Assembly: GCA_951406725.2 (NCBI GenBank) | Contig: OX597825.1 | Location: forward strand, 14,880,001 to 14,944,000 | From: Octopus vulgaris | Taxonomy: Eukaryota | Reading direction: 5' to 3' | DNA length: 64,000 bases | Shown here: piece by piece, positions 51,770 through 64,000 of the stretch | Layout of the letters: every line of letters starts with the position of its first letter | How positions within the stretch are numbered: the stretch's first letter is position 1 | Notes under the pieces: generated by a model | The model's database searches: none | What the model was told of the DNA's origin: nothing | What the model saw: the letters and a program-made list of their open reading frames with translations, nothing else | Position numbers and translations under genes: made by a program

Positions 51770-51965
51770 TTGCCCCCACACACACACACACACTTGAGAA
51801 CCGGTGTAGGCTTGCTTACAACTCCGTAACTTGCTGTTCAGGAAAATTGGACAGACACAGCTAAGACAATGGGACCTGGTGTCGATTCATTCGGCTAAAA
51901 ATTGCTTAAGGTAGTGCCCCAGCACGGCCGCAGCCTAATGACTGAAATCAATAGTAAATAAAAGA
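51770..51965 (+). mobile_element. diverged SINE family A, 3' part
   Basis: GTGTCGATTCATTCGGCTAA..GGTAGTGCCCCAGCACGGCCGCAGCCTAATGACTGAAA. Confidence 0.7.
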
Positions 51966-52039
51966 TATATATATATATATATATATACATCTCTCTCTTA
52001 CTTTCTCTCCCTCTCCCTCACTCTCTCTATATATATGTA

Positions 52040-52152
<113 letters not shown>

Positions 52153-53184
52153 GGTTGAGCCGTTAATTAGACTCATTTAAAACTATGTAAATATATATAT
52201 ATTGTTCATATTTTAATATGTGGAAATAGTATTAGATGATCAGTACGGAAATCGAATTACGAATACCGATAAAGAATATTAATGATGTAGATAATAATAA
52301 TTTTTGATGATGATGCTGATCATCATCATCACCCTACACATCTTTCTCATTATGATCGTGATAATAATGGCAATGCGACACTTCCTGATAATAAAAATAA
52401 ATCTATCACTTTAGAGTTTCATTAGTGTTATGAGGGTGGTATTTATAATAATGATGAGGATGGAAATTAATTTCGTTTTAAATCATCAATCTCGGCAACA
52501 ATACAAATTAGATGAAGAGAAATACCGAGGCAAAAATGTATGAATATTAATGAGCTGTGCAAAAGTTTTTATTAACTTTTGTGTCCGTTGTTTGCGAGAA
52601 GGTAATTACGTACAATATGAATGATTGTGTGCCCCTAGTGGTTTATACAATCACGTTAAGTAGGCAAGTGTTTGGTAAACTGTAAATACATTTGTTGAAG
52701 CTTGCAAGAACTTTAAATTACACGTAGTATATTAAAGTTGAGAAAGTCATTTTCGATATATCGGTATGCATCAGACATTAGTGGTTTGCAAAATAGACAG
52801 GGTGTGGAGCAAATTATGATATTATGCTGTAATATGTTAGGTTAGGTCAAACATCGTTCGAACTTTAAATCGTAGTTTTGGGAATGGTGCAAATCCTAAG
52901 TTTGAATAATGCTGATATAATCGACTGTTTATTTTACCATATGCTAACAAATAAATGTTATACATCTGATCTTTCCACCATTATGATTTAATATCTCCAA
53001 ATGTTTCCTTTTTATTTCTCTTCGTTCGGCATCGTTAAAACAAGATGTTGGTAAACGGAAGAGGTCGTATAACATATCCATTGTTATGTAGTATCCTCAT
53101 CCTCATCCTCATCTTTCCTCTTCTTATTATTATTATTATTATTAGTATCTTCTTATCTATTTATTATTATTAGCATTATTATCA

Positions 53185-53249
<65 letters not shown>

Positions 53250-53257
53250 TCATTATT

Positions 53258-53372
53258 AAAGCAGAGCCCATAGCACGCCGAAGAAAATGCTTAAAGTCAT
53301 TTCGACCGTCTTTACCTTATGAGTTCAAATTCCACCGATGTCAACTTTGCTTTCACCCTCTCGGGGTCGATT
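53258..53372 (+). mobile_element. diverged SINE family B fragment
   Basis: GAAAATGCTT..GAGTTCAAATTCCACC..TCGGGGTCGAT. Confidence 0.65.
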
Positions 53373-53374
53373 AG

Positions 53375-54240
53375 CGAGTCTCACCGGATTGTAGAATCCC
53401 GCAGTATCTTAAGTTCTTTGTTCTCGATAACTCCTTCTGGTTATCGTTAGCACCATTTCCGCGCGCTCTCTTCAGACCGTATTTTCACATAGCCTCCAAT
53501 GGATGAACTTCGCCACATTTTCGTGCCTTCTGTTATAGTACTTTTGTGCCAGCTTGCTACACTCACTCATGATATGTGAGATTATTTCGTTTCTGCTGCC
53601 CCGCATACTACTCTTATCTATTTGGGAATTGGTGTAATTAGTTCTCAGAGCTAGTTAGTGGGAGCTGCATATCAATGCCTCAGTGCATCCTTTCAAATCA
53701 CCTTTCTTAGGCATCTCCAAGTGTCTTTTCTTTCGATTCTTCTGCCCATGCGATTATCCCTGCTCCATATCTAAGGATTGAAACCGCCCAGGTGCTGGTA
53801 TCTTCAATCTTATTCCGTTCGTTTAATTTCGACTTAAGGATCAGTCTCAGTCTGCTCAAGTACGCCACCTTAAATTTTTCTGTCATTTTTCTCCCTCAAC
53901 TTATCCATTTCCAGTATACCCAAGTATTCATAGCCCGTCTCATCTCTGTGCTTCATAACTTCCCCCGACGGTATCGTTAACGCATCCATACATTTGACTT
54001 TTGCTTCTATTCAAGACTAACACACCAGTCTTTCTCTGAACTCTATTTTGAAATCAGCACTGAAGGTACACACCGTATCAGCGAGGGAACTGATTTCGGC
54101 TTCATCTTTACCATAAAGTTTGAGGTTGTCCATGAATAACAATTGACTGAAATTTTGTTGGCGGTTTTTGAATACATACGCAGCTTTTGCTTTCCTCAGA
54201 ATTAGTGTTAGTGGTATTAAGCACATTTGTACTATGTCAT
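53375..54240 (-). mobile_element. R4/Dong-like non-LTR retrotransposon fragment (RT to restriction-like endonuclease)
   Basis: Minus: LIPLTLILRKAKAAY..QLLFMDNLKLYGKDEAEISSL..FSADFKIEF; TWAVSILRYGAGII; LALRTN; HIMSECSKLAQKYY.RRHENVAKFIHW..PEGVIENKELKIL; internally deleted. Confidence 0.8.
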
Positions 54241-54676
54241 TGTTGTTATTATTATTGAGTGAGAGAGCAGCGCATGCCATCAAAGTGACGTTGGGGCAAA
54301 ATATACAAAGCCCAGTATACCCATCATGACTACCCGTCTGATAAGGGTACACTAGGCACATGCATCACAACCATATGTGCGCAGCATGGCGATCTCATAT
54401 CAAGATAAACAGCGCATTACCTTGCAGGTGGAGCCCAGTTAGAATTTTGTTTTTGGTCGAGTAATCCATCCCACTCAAAAGGTCCCTGAATAAGGGTTGT
54501 TTAAGGATGTTGAATGAAACACCCATGTTTCCAGAGGTGAATTATTCAAACCCCACAGAATCCTACTCAACACATGGCTATGATGCTTTCCCACTACTTC
54601 TGCTCGTGATCAGAGATGCACATATCGTGGGCCACTAAGGGACATGCGCAACTGGTTAAGGTCAAACAATTGACAT
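54240..54676 (-). mobile_element. non-LTR-type 3' fragment with (AAT)n tail
   Basis: GC-richer block that ends on minus in CTCTCTCACTC-AATAATAATAACAAC and interrupts the R4-like fragment. Confidence 0.5.
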
Positions 54677-55199
54677 GTATTAGTAGTGGTAGTAGTAGTA
54701 ACAACCGGCGTTATTATTATTATTATTGTTATTATTCTTTGGGGAGAATCAACGCTTGAATAAATGCTATAACAAAAATTACCCCATCAACTTATACCAA
54801 GGAACGTCCGTCTTGTATAATTTGCATATCTTGTAAAATCATTATTGTTCCACCGTTATGGTGGAATATAGTCTGTCGTCTGTGTATCATCATAACAACG
54901 ATGAGCCGACTGGTTGTGTACAGAGAATCTAATCCAGGAATCTAATCCACAGAGAATCTAATCCACGGAAAAGAATATGTAGTTTATGCATATAACTGAA
55001 ATAAAATTTCTGTTTTGTTTTGACAATTCAAGTACAAATATTGTTTCAGAGGAATACGTAGTATTGCATATCTTCATCAAAGAAACGCACGCAAAAGAAA
55101 AAAATACATACCTGCTGAACAGAAAAGGTTGTTTACAACAATTGTAAATATTTACAAGAACAATGGACTGGAAAATAACATACACACAAATAATATACA

Positions 55200-55600
55200 C
55201 ACAGGTAATATATGCACAAAGATGAAGACGATAAAAACCAGCGAGCTGCAAGCAAAACAATAGCTTCAACGTCAACATACATAACTCAAGCTGCAACAGA
55301 AACATGTCTTCCAACAGCAACAGGAACAAAGAAAATCTCTAGCAGCTGTTCCTTAATATTACATGTAACATGGTTGTATTGTAGATTTCGCTCAAATCAA
55401 GTCAGACAATGAAAAAGGTAGTTTGAAAAATGTAGTTTGTCACAAATATGAGAATGAATGTCTTTGCTTGAAAACTTTAGAGTACAAGTACGAAGGTGAC
55501 TCAACATTACTTTGTGAAGGACGGATTTGCCCAAATACATCTTCAAGGAAAAGCCAGATTTACCGAAATTGCTGGATAATATATAGTATTTCATATTCTA
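55200..55600 (+). mobile_element. possible Helitron N-terminal relic
   Basis: Q-rich stretch followed by NECLCLKTLEYKYEGDSTLLCEGRI, loosely like the Helitron C-x2-C..ALK..GE..CC..GKV region. Confidence 0.3.
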
Positions 55601-56167
55601 TGTAGATACGGCATGCGGAAGAGTGTATGTGGTCCGCAAAAAGCGACTAAAATCGGACCGATTCAGCGCCACAAACCTGAGCATGGGTTACTGTAACATA
55701 TTAGGTAACTAACATGATTGCTGTAGCAGGACATATTAGCCTCCTAACTTGTGAATACAGATATATGGACTCTCAGACTATCGCCATATATAAGTTATCC
55801 AAATGGTAGTTGACGAATTTTGGAGTGACGTAAAATAAGGTGACTGTTCGGCACAGCCTGGTTCTGATGAGTTGAGAACACATTAGAGCTTTAGCATACC
55901 TGCATACCATTGCTGGTGTAGATAAAATGTTATAAGAAAAAGTGTTTCTGATAGAAGGCTCAGCTGTCAACCGCCTGATCGCTTAGAGGTACTTAAACGA
56001 AACTCTTTGAAAAGGTAAGAAATGAAAGAAATTAATCAACAGCGGAAACAGAAGTTGCTACGGTAGTACCAAATCCTGGAGTCAGTTGTTTGTATAATAC
56101 CACATCCTCATATTTAGAAGGTGATGGGCGGGGTCGGGTTGCCTTCACCAACAAGTAAAAGGAAGAC

Positions 56168-56577
56168 GCTCTTACTCTTTTGCTATGTTATTGGTTTCAG
56201 TCATTTTGACTGTGTCATGCTGGGGCATCGCCTTTAGTCGAACAAAGGATCCCAGGAATCATTCTTTGTAAGCCTAGTACTTTTTGTATCGGTGTCTTTT
56301 GCAGAACTGCTAAGTGACGGGGACGTAAACACACCGACACTGGTTGACAAGTGATGGTTGTGGGGAGTCAAACACAGACACACACACACACATACACACA
56401 CATACACGACGGACTTCTTTCAGTCATTCGGTTTCCGTCTACCAAATCCGCTCACTAGTCTTTGGTCGACCCGAGACTACAGTAGACGACACTAGCTGGA
56501 GATGCCACGCAGTGGAACTGAACGCGAAACCATATGGTTGGTAAGCAAGCTACTTACTTCACAGCCACGCTTGCGCC
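56168..56577 (-). mobile_element. SINE family A (diverged)
   Basis: Reverse-complement family A. Confidence 0.85.
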
Positions 56578-56974
56578 AAAGATAATGATAATAGCAAAAT
56601 CACAATGTTATCTTTGTTTAAAATACTTTTGTATGATAGCTATACACTCTTGTCATGATTTATTTATGATAGGTTTATGAGAAATATATATTTGTAGAAG
56701 ATAAAAGAGGCAATGATGAATATAAGCTACTGTAAATATACAAATGGAGTAGAAATATATCTGAAGTTGTGTGAGTGCAGACACATCAAATTTTAAACTA
56801 TGTATTTAGGATATAATGAATTGTATTTGTTTAAAGATTTCCCACGCCGTCGCTTGAATAATCGACATATGCAGATTAATATACATGATATAAGCGGAAA
56901 AGGAAAAACAGATATTTGTGAAGTAATCTTAATGAATGGTGTAAATAGAATTATGGAATTGAACATGGGTGCTC

Positions 56975-57204
56975 TTTTTTCTCTTTTACTTCTTTCAGTC
57001 ATGTGACAGTTGTCATGCTGGAGCAGCGCCTTTATTCGAGCAAATCGAGTCCAGGACTTATTCTTTGTAAGCCTAGTACTTTTTTCTATTGGTTCCTATT
57101 GCCGAACCGCTAATTTACGGGGACGTAAATACACCAGCATCGATTGTCAAGCGATGTTGGGGAGACAAACACAGACACACATATACACAAACACACACAC
57201 ATAT

Positions 57205-57254
<50 letters not shown>

Positions 57255-57415
57255 GACGGGCTTCTTTCGGTTTCCGTCTACCAAATCCACTCACAAGGCT
57301 TTGCACGGCCCGAGGCTACAGTAGAAGTCACCTGCCCAAGGTGCCACGCAGTGGGGCTGAACGCGGAACCATGTGGTTCTTAAGCAAGCTACTTAACACA
57401 GCCACTCCTACGCCT
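56975..57415 (-). mobile_element. SINE family A
   Basis: Reverse-complement family A, full length. Confidence 0.9.
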
Positions 57416-58477
57416 CTAATAAGAAGCACTCAAAGATGATCAGGGAAGTCAGTTCGAGTACACATTCTATAGAGTAACAGGTTCAAATGCGAATTTATCA
57501 AGTTTACCCACAAACATACGAGACAAAAATGTAACACTCTATTACAAATGCAAATATATTTACGGCATATATTTCCCAAAACACACAAGCAAACATTTTG
57601 AAACTACTCATCAAGCATAAAAAAAATTGTCATTATTTGAAATGTCGATCGCCGAGTTGATCTAACTCATCGAGTTATATCGAAGCATATTCATGAGGCT
57701 AATAAAAAAAAAAGTTATTGCTTTGTTAGAGCGGGAAGAGTTAGTTATCAAATTATTTGGTACTACGTTTCAACTAGTACAGGCAGAAACTAATTTACTT
57801 TCGTGGTTTGGAGTCTTCCAAACATCAAGGATTGAAACATTCTATTAATTATTTGTAAGATAATTACATATTTGTTTATAACATAGTACATTTATGTAAA
57901 TAATTGAACTTTACTTTGAAAGTAAGAATAATGCTACTGGGAAGTATAATTGTTAAGATTATTCACAATAGGGGTCTCTTTCTTTGTCTTCTGATTAAAC
58001 ATTTTCTATCAAAAATTAAGTGTTTAGCACTATACTTGGCGATGATTACCCGAAAATGTATCCACTACTTAGTTCCGTCTAGCAAAATGACATAGTTAAA
58101 AACAGCTTTGAGGAAAATATGATGAAACGTCTAGAATAAAATCTAAGCTGTGTCATCTAATCTTCATAAGAAAACCAAGCTCAACTATGATTGTATTGGC
58201 TCGTTTTGAAAAATATGGTTACTCTTCCACACAACACATGACAAAACATGCGTAAAATCCTAGCCATCTTTTTCGCCAGATAAGATCTACTACAGAATAT
58301 CTATTTTATACTGCTTTGAAAGTATAAATGCAGCATTCGGTGAACGTTTCAATGTTAAGTACATAGCATTTCTTGCTAAATATTTCACAATGTCTGAAAA
58401 TAAGACAGAAGAAAGAAAGCGAAAGTGTACACCAATACCCTATTATATTTATGGAGATTTTGCAACAGAAATTTTAT

Positions 58478-58620
58478 GCAAATTCCGCCGAGGTCGACTT
58501 TGCCTTTCATCATTTCGGGGGTCCGCTAATTAAGTACCAAATTTAATCGACTTAATCCCTTTGTTTGTCCTTGTGTGTGCCCTCTATGTTCAGCCCTTTG
58601 TGGGTAATAAAGAAATAAGA
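58478..58620 (+). mobile_element. SINE family B, 3' part
   Basis: CAAATTCCGCCGAGGTCGACTTTGCC..GTGGGTAATAAAGAAATA. Confidence 0.85.
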
Positions 58621-59340
58621 AATGTTATGCTTAGTCCCATTGCATAAAGTAAGCTTTGGAAAGGGAAGTGAAAAATTAATTATTGTTAAATGTATTAACA
58701 GACTATATACATATTCCTGTATTCTAAACAATCCGCCATGGTAACATACACGAAAAAACATTTTAGCGAAGTCAAATATACTTTTGAAGGTCTATTTTGT
58801 CTCTATTTGAATTCTTTCATTAAGCAAGAGTGTGCATAGGATCTAAAATTCAGAGAGAAATTTATTTTGATAGTTTTATTATAAATGTGACTAATAAAAC
58901 AATCTAAAAATCCACTTTATTATGCTTATCGATGGTTCGTATAATGTATGTCGTTATTTTTTTCATTGTGCTGCACACACAAGTGACTATTCCGTTGAAT
59001 TATGTTTCAACAATCTAACTTCAAAATCTGTTTTTAGTCATATTTTATCATAACCATATTTTCCAAATCAAAAGAAAATCTACGAATATTTCATGCAGGA
59101 TTTAATGGTCTTGTTGGAAATGTAATCTTCAAATTTTAGGGGATATGCGCATGAAACAAAATCTTTTTACACTTTTTGCAAAATGTGTATCGCAGGTCTT
59201 CACTGTAGGCGCGAACGACAAAAATTATGACTGAATTAAAATGTTTGTGAAATGACTATAATTGCTATTACGGAGATGTACTTGCATAGCAAGTGATTTG
59301 ATCTTGAGATCGTGTACTGAAACGAAAACAATTCCTGCAT

Positions 59341-59512
59341 GGAAGGTGTTTGTAAGCCATTTAAGAAACATATAAAAGCCGTTCGATTCACTTCAACAGT
59401 TGAACAGGTCGCGGTCTTATAGCGACGAAAATATTTTGACAAATTAATCCTAAATGTTGAAGTGAATCGATCGTCTTTTGTGTGTTTCTTAAATGGCTTA
59501 CAAACACCTTCC
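59341..59512. mobile_element. MITE-like element with ~58-bp TIRs
   Basis: GGAAGGTGTTTGTAAGCCATTTAAGAAACA..CGATTCACTTCAACA (59341-59398) inverted at 59455-59512. Confidence 0.8.
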
Positions 59513-59566
59513 ACACAGCAATTGTTATAAATGCTATACTTTGGCTTTATTATATAACTATATAGA

Positions 59567-59760
59567 TACTTGTTTCAGTCATTTGACCGCGGCCAGCTGG
59601 AGCACAGTTTTTAGTCCAGCAAATCGCCCCCAGGGTTTATTCTTTGTAAGCCTAGTACTTATTCTATCAGTTTCTTTTGTCGAACCCCTAAGTTACGGGA
59701 ACTTAAACACACCAGCATCCGTTGTCAAGCGATGTTTGGAGGACAAACTCAAATACACAC
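59567..59760 (-). mobile_element. SINE family A, 3' half
   Basis: Reverse-complement family A tail. Confidence 0.8.
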
Positions 59761-59784
59761 ACACACACATATATATATATATAT

Positions 59785-60361
59785 GTATGTCTCATATATA
59801 AGAATATTATTTAAGCAACTGTATATATAAGTCACATTAAGTTTTAACTAGCTATAAACATTATTATATCACGACACTTTCACGAGGCAGGGGGCGGTGG
59901 TGAACCCTGCTGTACTTTTTCACCACAATTTTCTCTCACTCTTAATTTGTTTCTGTTGTACCTCTATTTCAAAGGACCAGGCTTGTCACACTCTGTGTCA
60001 CGTTGAATGTTCCCGAGAATTACGTTAAGGGTACACGTAAATTTGACGAGTAGGCTGCCCCTTTGAGTGGATCAACTGGAACCCTCGTCGTCGTAACCGA
60101 TGGAGTGCCCTCATATTTAAATGTGTTGCTATTATAGGTAAATAACTGAATTGTGGTCGACATATGTTAGCGTATAGATAGCGCTAGGATAATCAATAGT
60201 AATCAGATACGTCTGTTAATAATTTTAACTATATTGTAATTTAAGATATTCTGTGAAGCTCCTGTGAAGCCTTTTGATATGATAGTGTATTTAGCTAGTT
60301 AAAATTTAATGTGACTCGTATATACAGTTGCTTAAATGATATTCTTATATATAAGGCATAC
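59785..60361. repeat. foldback: ~85-bp inverted arms enclosing a SINE fragment
   Basis: 59785-59870 inverted at about 60276-60361; family-C-like internal segment with a third tail type at 59880-60110. Confidence 0.75.
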
Positions 60362-60911
60362 CAACAAACATTTACGTATGAATAGTTATAAATATATATC
60401 CATACGATAATGTAAAAGCCTTAGAGATCCGTTAGAGAATATTAAATCATAAAATCCATTACTTTTTCATGTAGAAGTTTTATAAATGTCACAAAAATAC
60501 CTACTTCGGGAGTATGTATATCCTTAATAATAATTCACTTCAAGAATTCACAGAAAATATAAATCAAAACTTTTTTTTACTCTATACTCAGCGTGTTTCT
60601 GATAATTCTATTGTGAAATATTTCCAGGAAGAAAGGGCTCTAATTTCGAGTGTGCAATGAATTTTTTCTATATTTCAAAGAATTCTATAGCCAAAATTAA
60701 TAAATAGATGAGTCCGATATCTAAAAGGATCCCCTACGTTGCAATATATTGAATCTAAGTAAATGTTTCAGGCTCTAATGAATAAATATTCCATAACCAA
60801 CATTATCTCTCTTTCGTTAACTTTGAAGTACTTTAACTTCTGTGGCTCGCTGCATTATTCATACGTAATACGTTTGCACATATATACACTTACACGCCCA
60901 AATATCACATA

Positions 60912-60960
<49 letters not shown>

Positions 60961-61128
60961 GCTGAACTCCAAAAGCATTAGGCTTTTATATCCTTCAAAC
61001 ATTCTTGTTAATTCTGATTTTCAATAGTTTTTCTTCCTTAAAAAACATCGTAGTAACTCACTCTGCTAGTGTATGAGCCTGGTCTTACACAGAAAAAACA
61101 TTTAAACATTGCACAGACATACACACAA

Positions 61129-61210
<82 letters not shown>

Positions 61211-61229
61211 TATGTGTGTGTGTGTATGT

Positions 61230-61270
61230 ATATATATGCACGTAAATATGTGCATGTATAAATATATATG

Positions 61271-61301
<31 letters not shown>

Positions 61302-61565
61302 GTATATATATATGTATATATATATATATATATAAATATATATATGTATAAATATATATATGTATAAATATATATATGTATAAATATATATATGTATAAA
61401 TATATATATGTATAAATATATATATGTATAAATATATATATGTATATATATATATATGTATAAATATATATATGTATATATATATATATGTATAAATATA
61501 TATATGTATATATATATATATATGTATAAATATATATATGTATATATATATATATATATAAATAA
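61230..61565. repeat. AT-rich tandem repeat, ~16-bp unit TATAAATATATATATG
   Basis: Direct inspection. Confidence 0.9.
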
Positions 61566-61610
61566 AATGAGATAGGGGTTGTAAATTCATGTTTCTCCAT
61601 TTTCTCATTT

Positions 61611-61652
<42 letters not shown>

Positions 61653-61842
61653 TATATACGTATGTATGTACACATCATTAAACAGTGACATTTAGTAATA
61701 CTTTAATTTTATTGTTTGGTATGAGATTTTGCAACAATGGGGAGATCGTTTTGTAATGGACACAAAGGAGATATTGAATATTGAATTCGAACTCAGTCTC
61801 TATAAATGACCGGAATATAATGTCTAATGTCTAATATATGTG

Positions 61843-61893
<51 letters not shown>

Positions 61894-62263
61894 CATATAT
61901 AGAGAGAGATTTATAGATATAGATATATGTATGTATGTGTGTATATATATATATATATGTATGCCATTCTTCAGTTATGTTTTAGGACTTCTTACCATTA
62001 AAGAAAGAGCCGGTTTCTAACCTAGATCCAAGGCACGTTCATTGGAATTTCAACATCAATAAGAGGGTATTTTCGCTTGTATGCATGTTTATGTGGAGGT
62101 TTGCATGTTTTCTTTTATGTATGTATTCTCATGCTTATAGTAGCATATCTTGGCATACTCATATATATTTAAATAATAAACTTCTGGAAAGTTTTACATA
62201 TTTTTAGAGTTCCAGTGATGGAACGGATCCGTAGGCCTTGAAATAGCTTTCTCCTTTCTGATA

Positions 62264-62294
<31 letters not shown>

Positions 62295-62317
62295 CCATAT
62301 ATATACATATACATACA

Positions 62318-62955
62318 GCGGTAAGAAGCTTGCTTCCCAACCAAAAGGTTCCGGGTTCAGTCCCATTGCGTTGCACCTTGGGCAAGTGTCTACACCTATA
62401 GCCTCGGCCGAGCAAAGCCTTGTGAGAGGATTCGGTTGACGGAAACTGAAAGAAGCCCGTCGTATATATGTGTATGTGTGTATGTGCGTGCCCGTGCTGC
62501 CGCGCGTTTGTGTCTGTCTGTATTTGTCCCTCTGTCGTCATCATTATTTCTTTACTACGCGCAAGGGGCTAAACACAGAGAAGACAAACAAGGACAGACA
62601 AACGGATTAAGTCGATTATATCGACCCCAGTGCGTAACTGGTACTTATTTAATCGACCCCGAAAGGATGAAAGAGCAAAGTCGACCTCGACGGAATTTGA
62701 ACTCACTACGCAGCGGCGGACGAAATACGACAAAGCATTTCGCCCGGCGCGCTAACGTTTCTGCTAGCTCGCAGCCATCACTTGACAACTGATGCACGTG
62801 AGTTTATACTCCCGTAACCTAGCGGTTCGGCAAAAGACGGATAGAAGAAGTGCTAGACTTACAAAGAACAAGTCCTGGGGATCATTTCCTCAACTAAAAC
62901 ACTTTAAAGCGGTGCTCCAGCGTGGATGGAATAGAATGACTGAAACAAGGAAATG
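62318..62955 (+). mobile_element. SINE family A interrupted by a family B copy
   Basis: Family A head to about 62543; tail resumes at about 62776. Confidence 0.85.
62545..62775 (-). mobile_element. SINE family B nested in family A
   Basis: Full reverse-complement family B copy; possible CATCA duplication on both sides. Confidence 0.88.
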
Positions 62956-62981
62956 AATTAAAGGACAAAAAATATATACAT

Positions 62982-63040
<59 letters not shown>

Positions 63041-63099
63041 TACATACACACATACATACATGCATATATATATACATACATACACACATACATACATGC

Positions 63100-63156
<57 letters not shown>

Positions 63157-64000
63157 CATGCTCACTTTCAAACATATGTCCATATGTACGTGTGCGCGTG
63201 CCTGTGTGTTTATACAAGCGTATGAATATTTATGAGTATGTGTTCCTGTGTGCCTCCATGTGTGTGTATCCACTTAAGTGCACATGTATATTGTATATCC
63301 TTTTATGTGTACACACATAATATTGTATAAGTCAGACAGTATTTACTGCCATAGAAATCTCTGATACTGAGACTTCTGAAACGAATTTTATTAGCAATTC
63401 ATGCTTATCCATCTCATTGAAAAAAACGGCAGAATTAAAACATGAAACTTATCTCAACAACAAGAATGGGAACTTGAAACGCTCCAATCTTTCCAATGAC
63501 AACTCTAAAGCGAAAACTTTGAATATTTATAGTAAATTTTTGCAAGATGTTCCCATGAATAAATAAATGTAAATACATAGCAAATGAAATGCTTTCATAG
63601 ATGAGGTGCTGCCACAGAGAAATTCGGTAAATTCACTTGTATGTTGATTGATTCTAACCTCAATATCAATTCACATGTCAAATTAATGAAGTGTATTATT
63701 CGATGTGTACTTCAGAATTACAGACTGTTGCAGAGATCGTATGCTTTTCACTAGATTAGTTTTCTCTTAGTTGTTGTGTGGTATTTTCGCTTTGAGCATC
63801 TTTTCATTTAAGAGGATATTTAATATCGATGCATAGGTCAAGATGGCTTAGATATATCAAAGTGTCGATGAAGCATATCGTTAGCATAAAGTAATGAATT
63901 TTCATTGACACGACTTTCTATTATCCTTTTGGCGATAAATAACCAAACTAATTAATTTAGCACATCAAGAAGCTTTAGTCGTAAACTAGACGCGCTGATT

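Noticed and set aside
54920-54968. Short GAATCTAATCCA repeats (also ACTGAAGAC repeats at 15075-15106) considered as a CRISPR-like array
   Set aside because: Only three near-adjacent units, no spacers, eukaryotic context; simple slippage.

Overview
Eukaryotic, very AT-rich, repeat-dominated genomic DNA, with a 100-N scaffold gap at 16381-16480. The (TA)n/(CA)n/(TAGA)n microsatellite load and the tRNA-derived SINE types look like an Octopus genome; this is pattern recognition, not a database result. No host protein-coding gene could be supported, and most listed ORFs are microsatellite or SINE artefacts. The main element is a near-intact CR1/L2-group LINE (about 10385-14088, +) with a CCCH-finger ORF1 and an APE+RT ORF2. 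Its three frameshifts are each one G short in a G run, and its 3' stem-loop tail is shared with the commonest SINE in the window. Other contents: a ~590-bp inverted repeat whose arms each carry a type-I hammerhead ribozyme fold; several Penelope-like relics with hammerhead-like motifs; a degenerate gag/CCHC ORF1-like element; a decayed Helitron Rep region with a tandemly expanded RRYDLP motif; an R4/Dong-like LINE fragment; mariner/pogo MITEs; several hairpin elements; and about 25 SINE copies of at least four families, some nested or dimeric.
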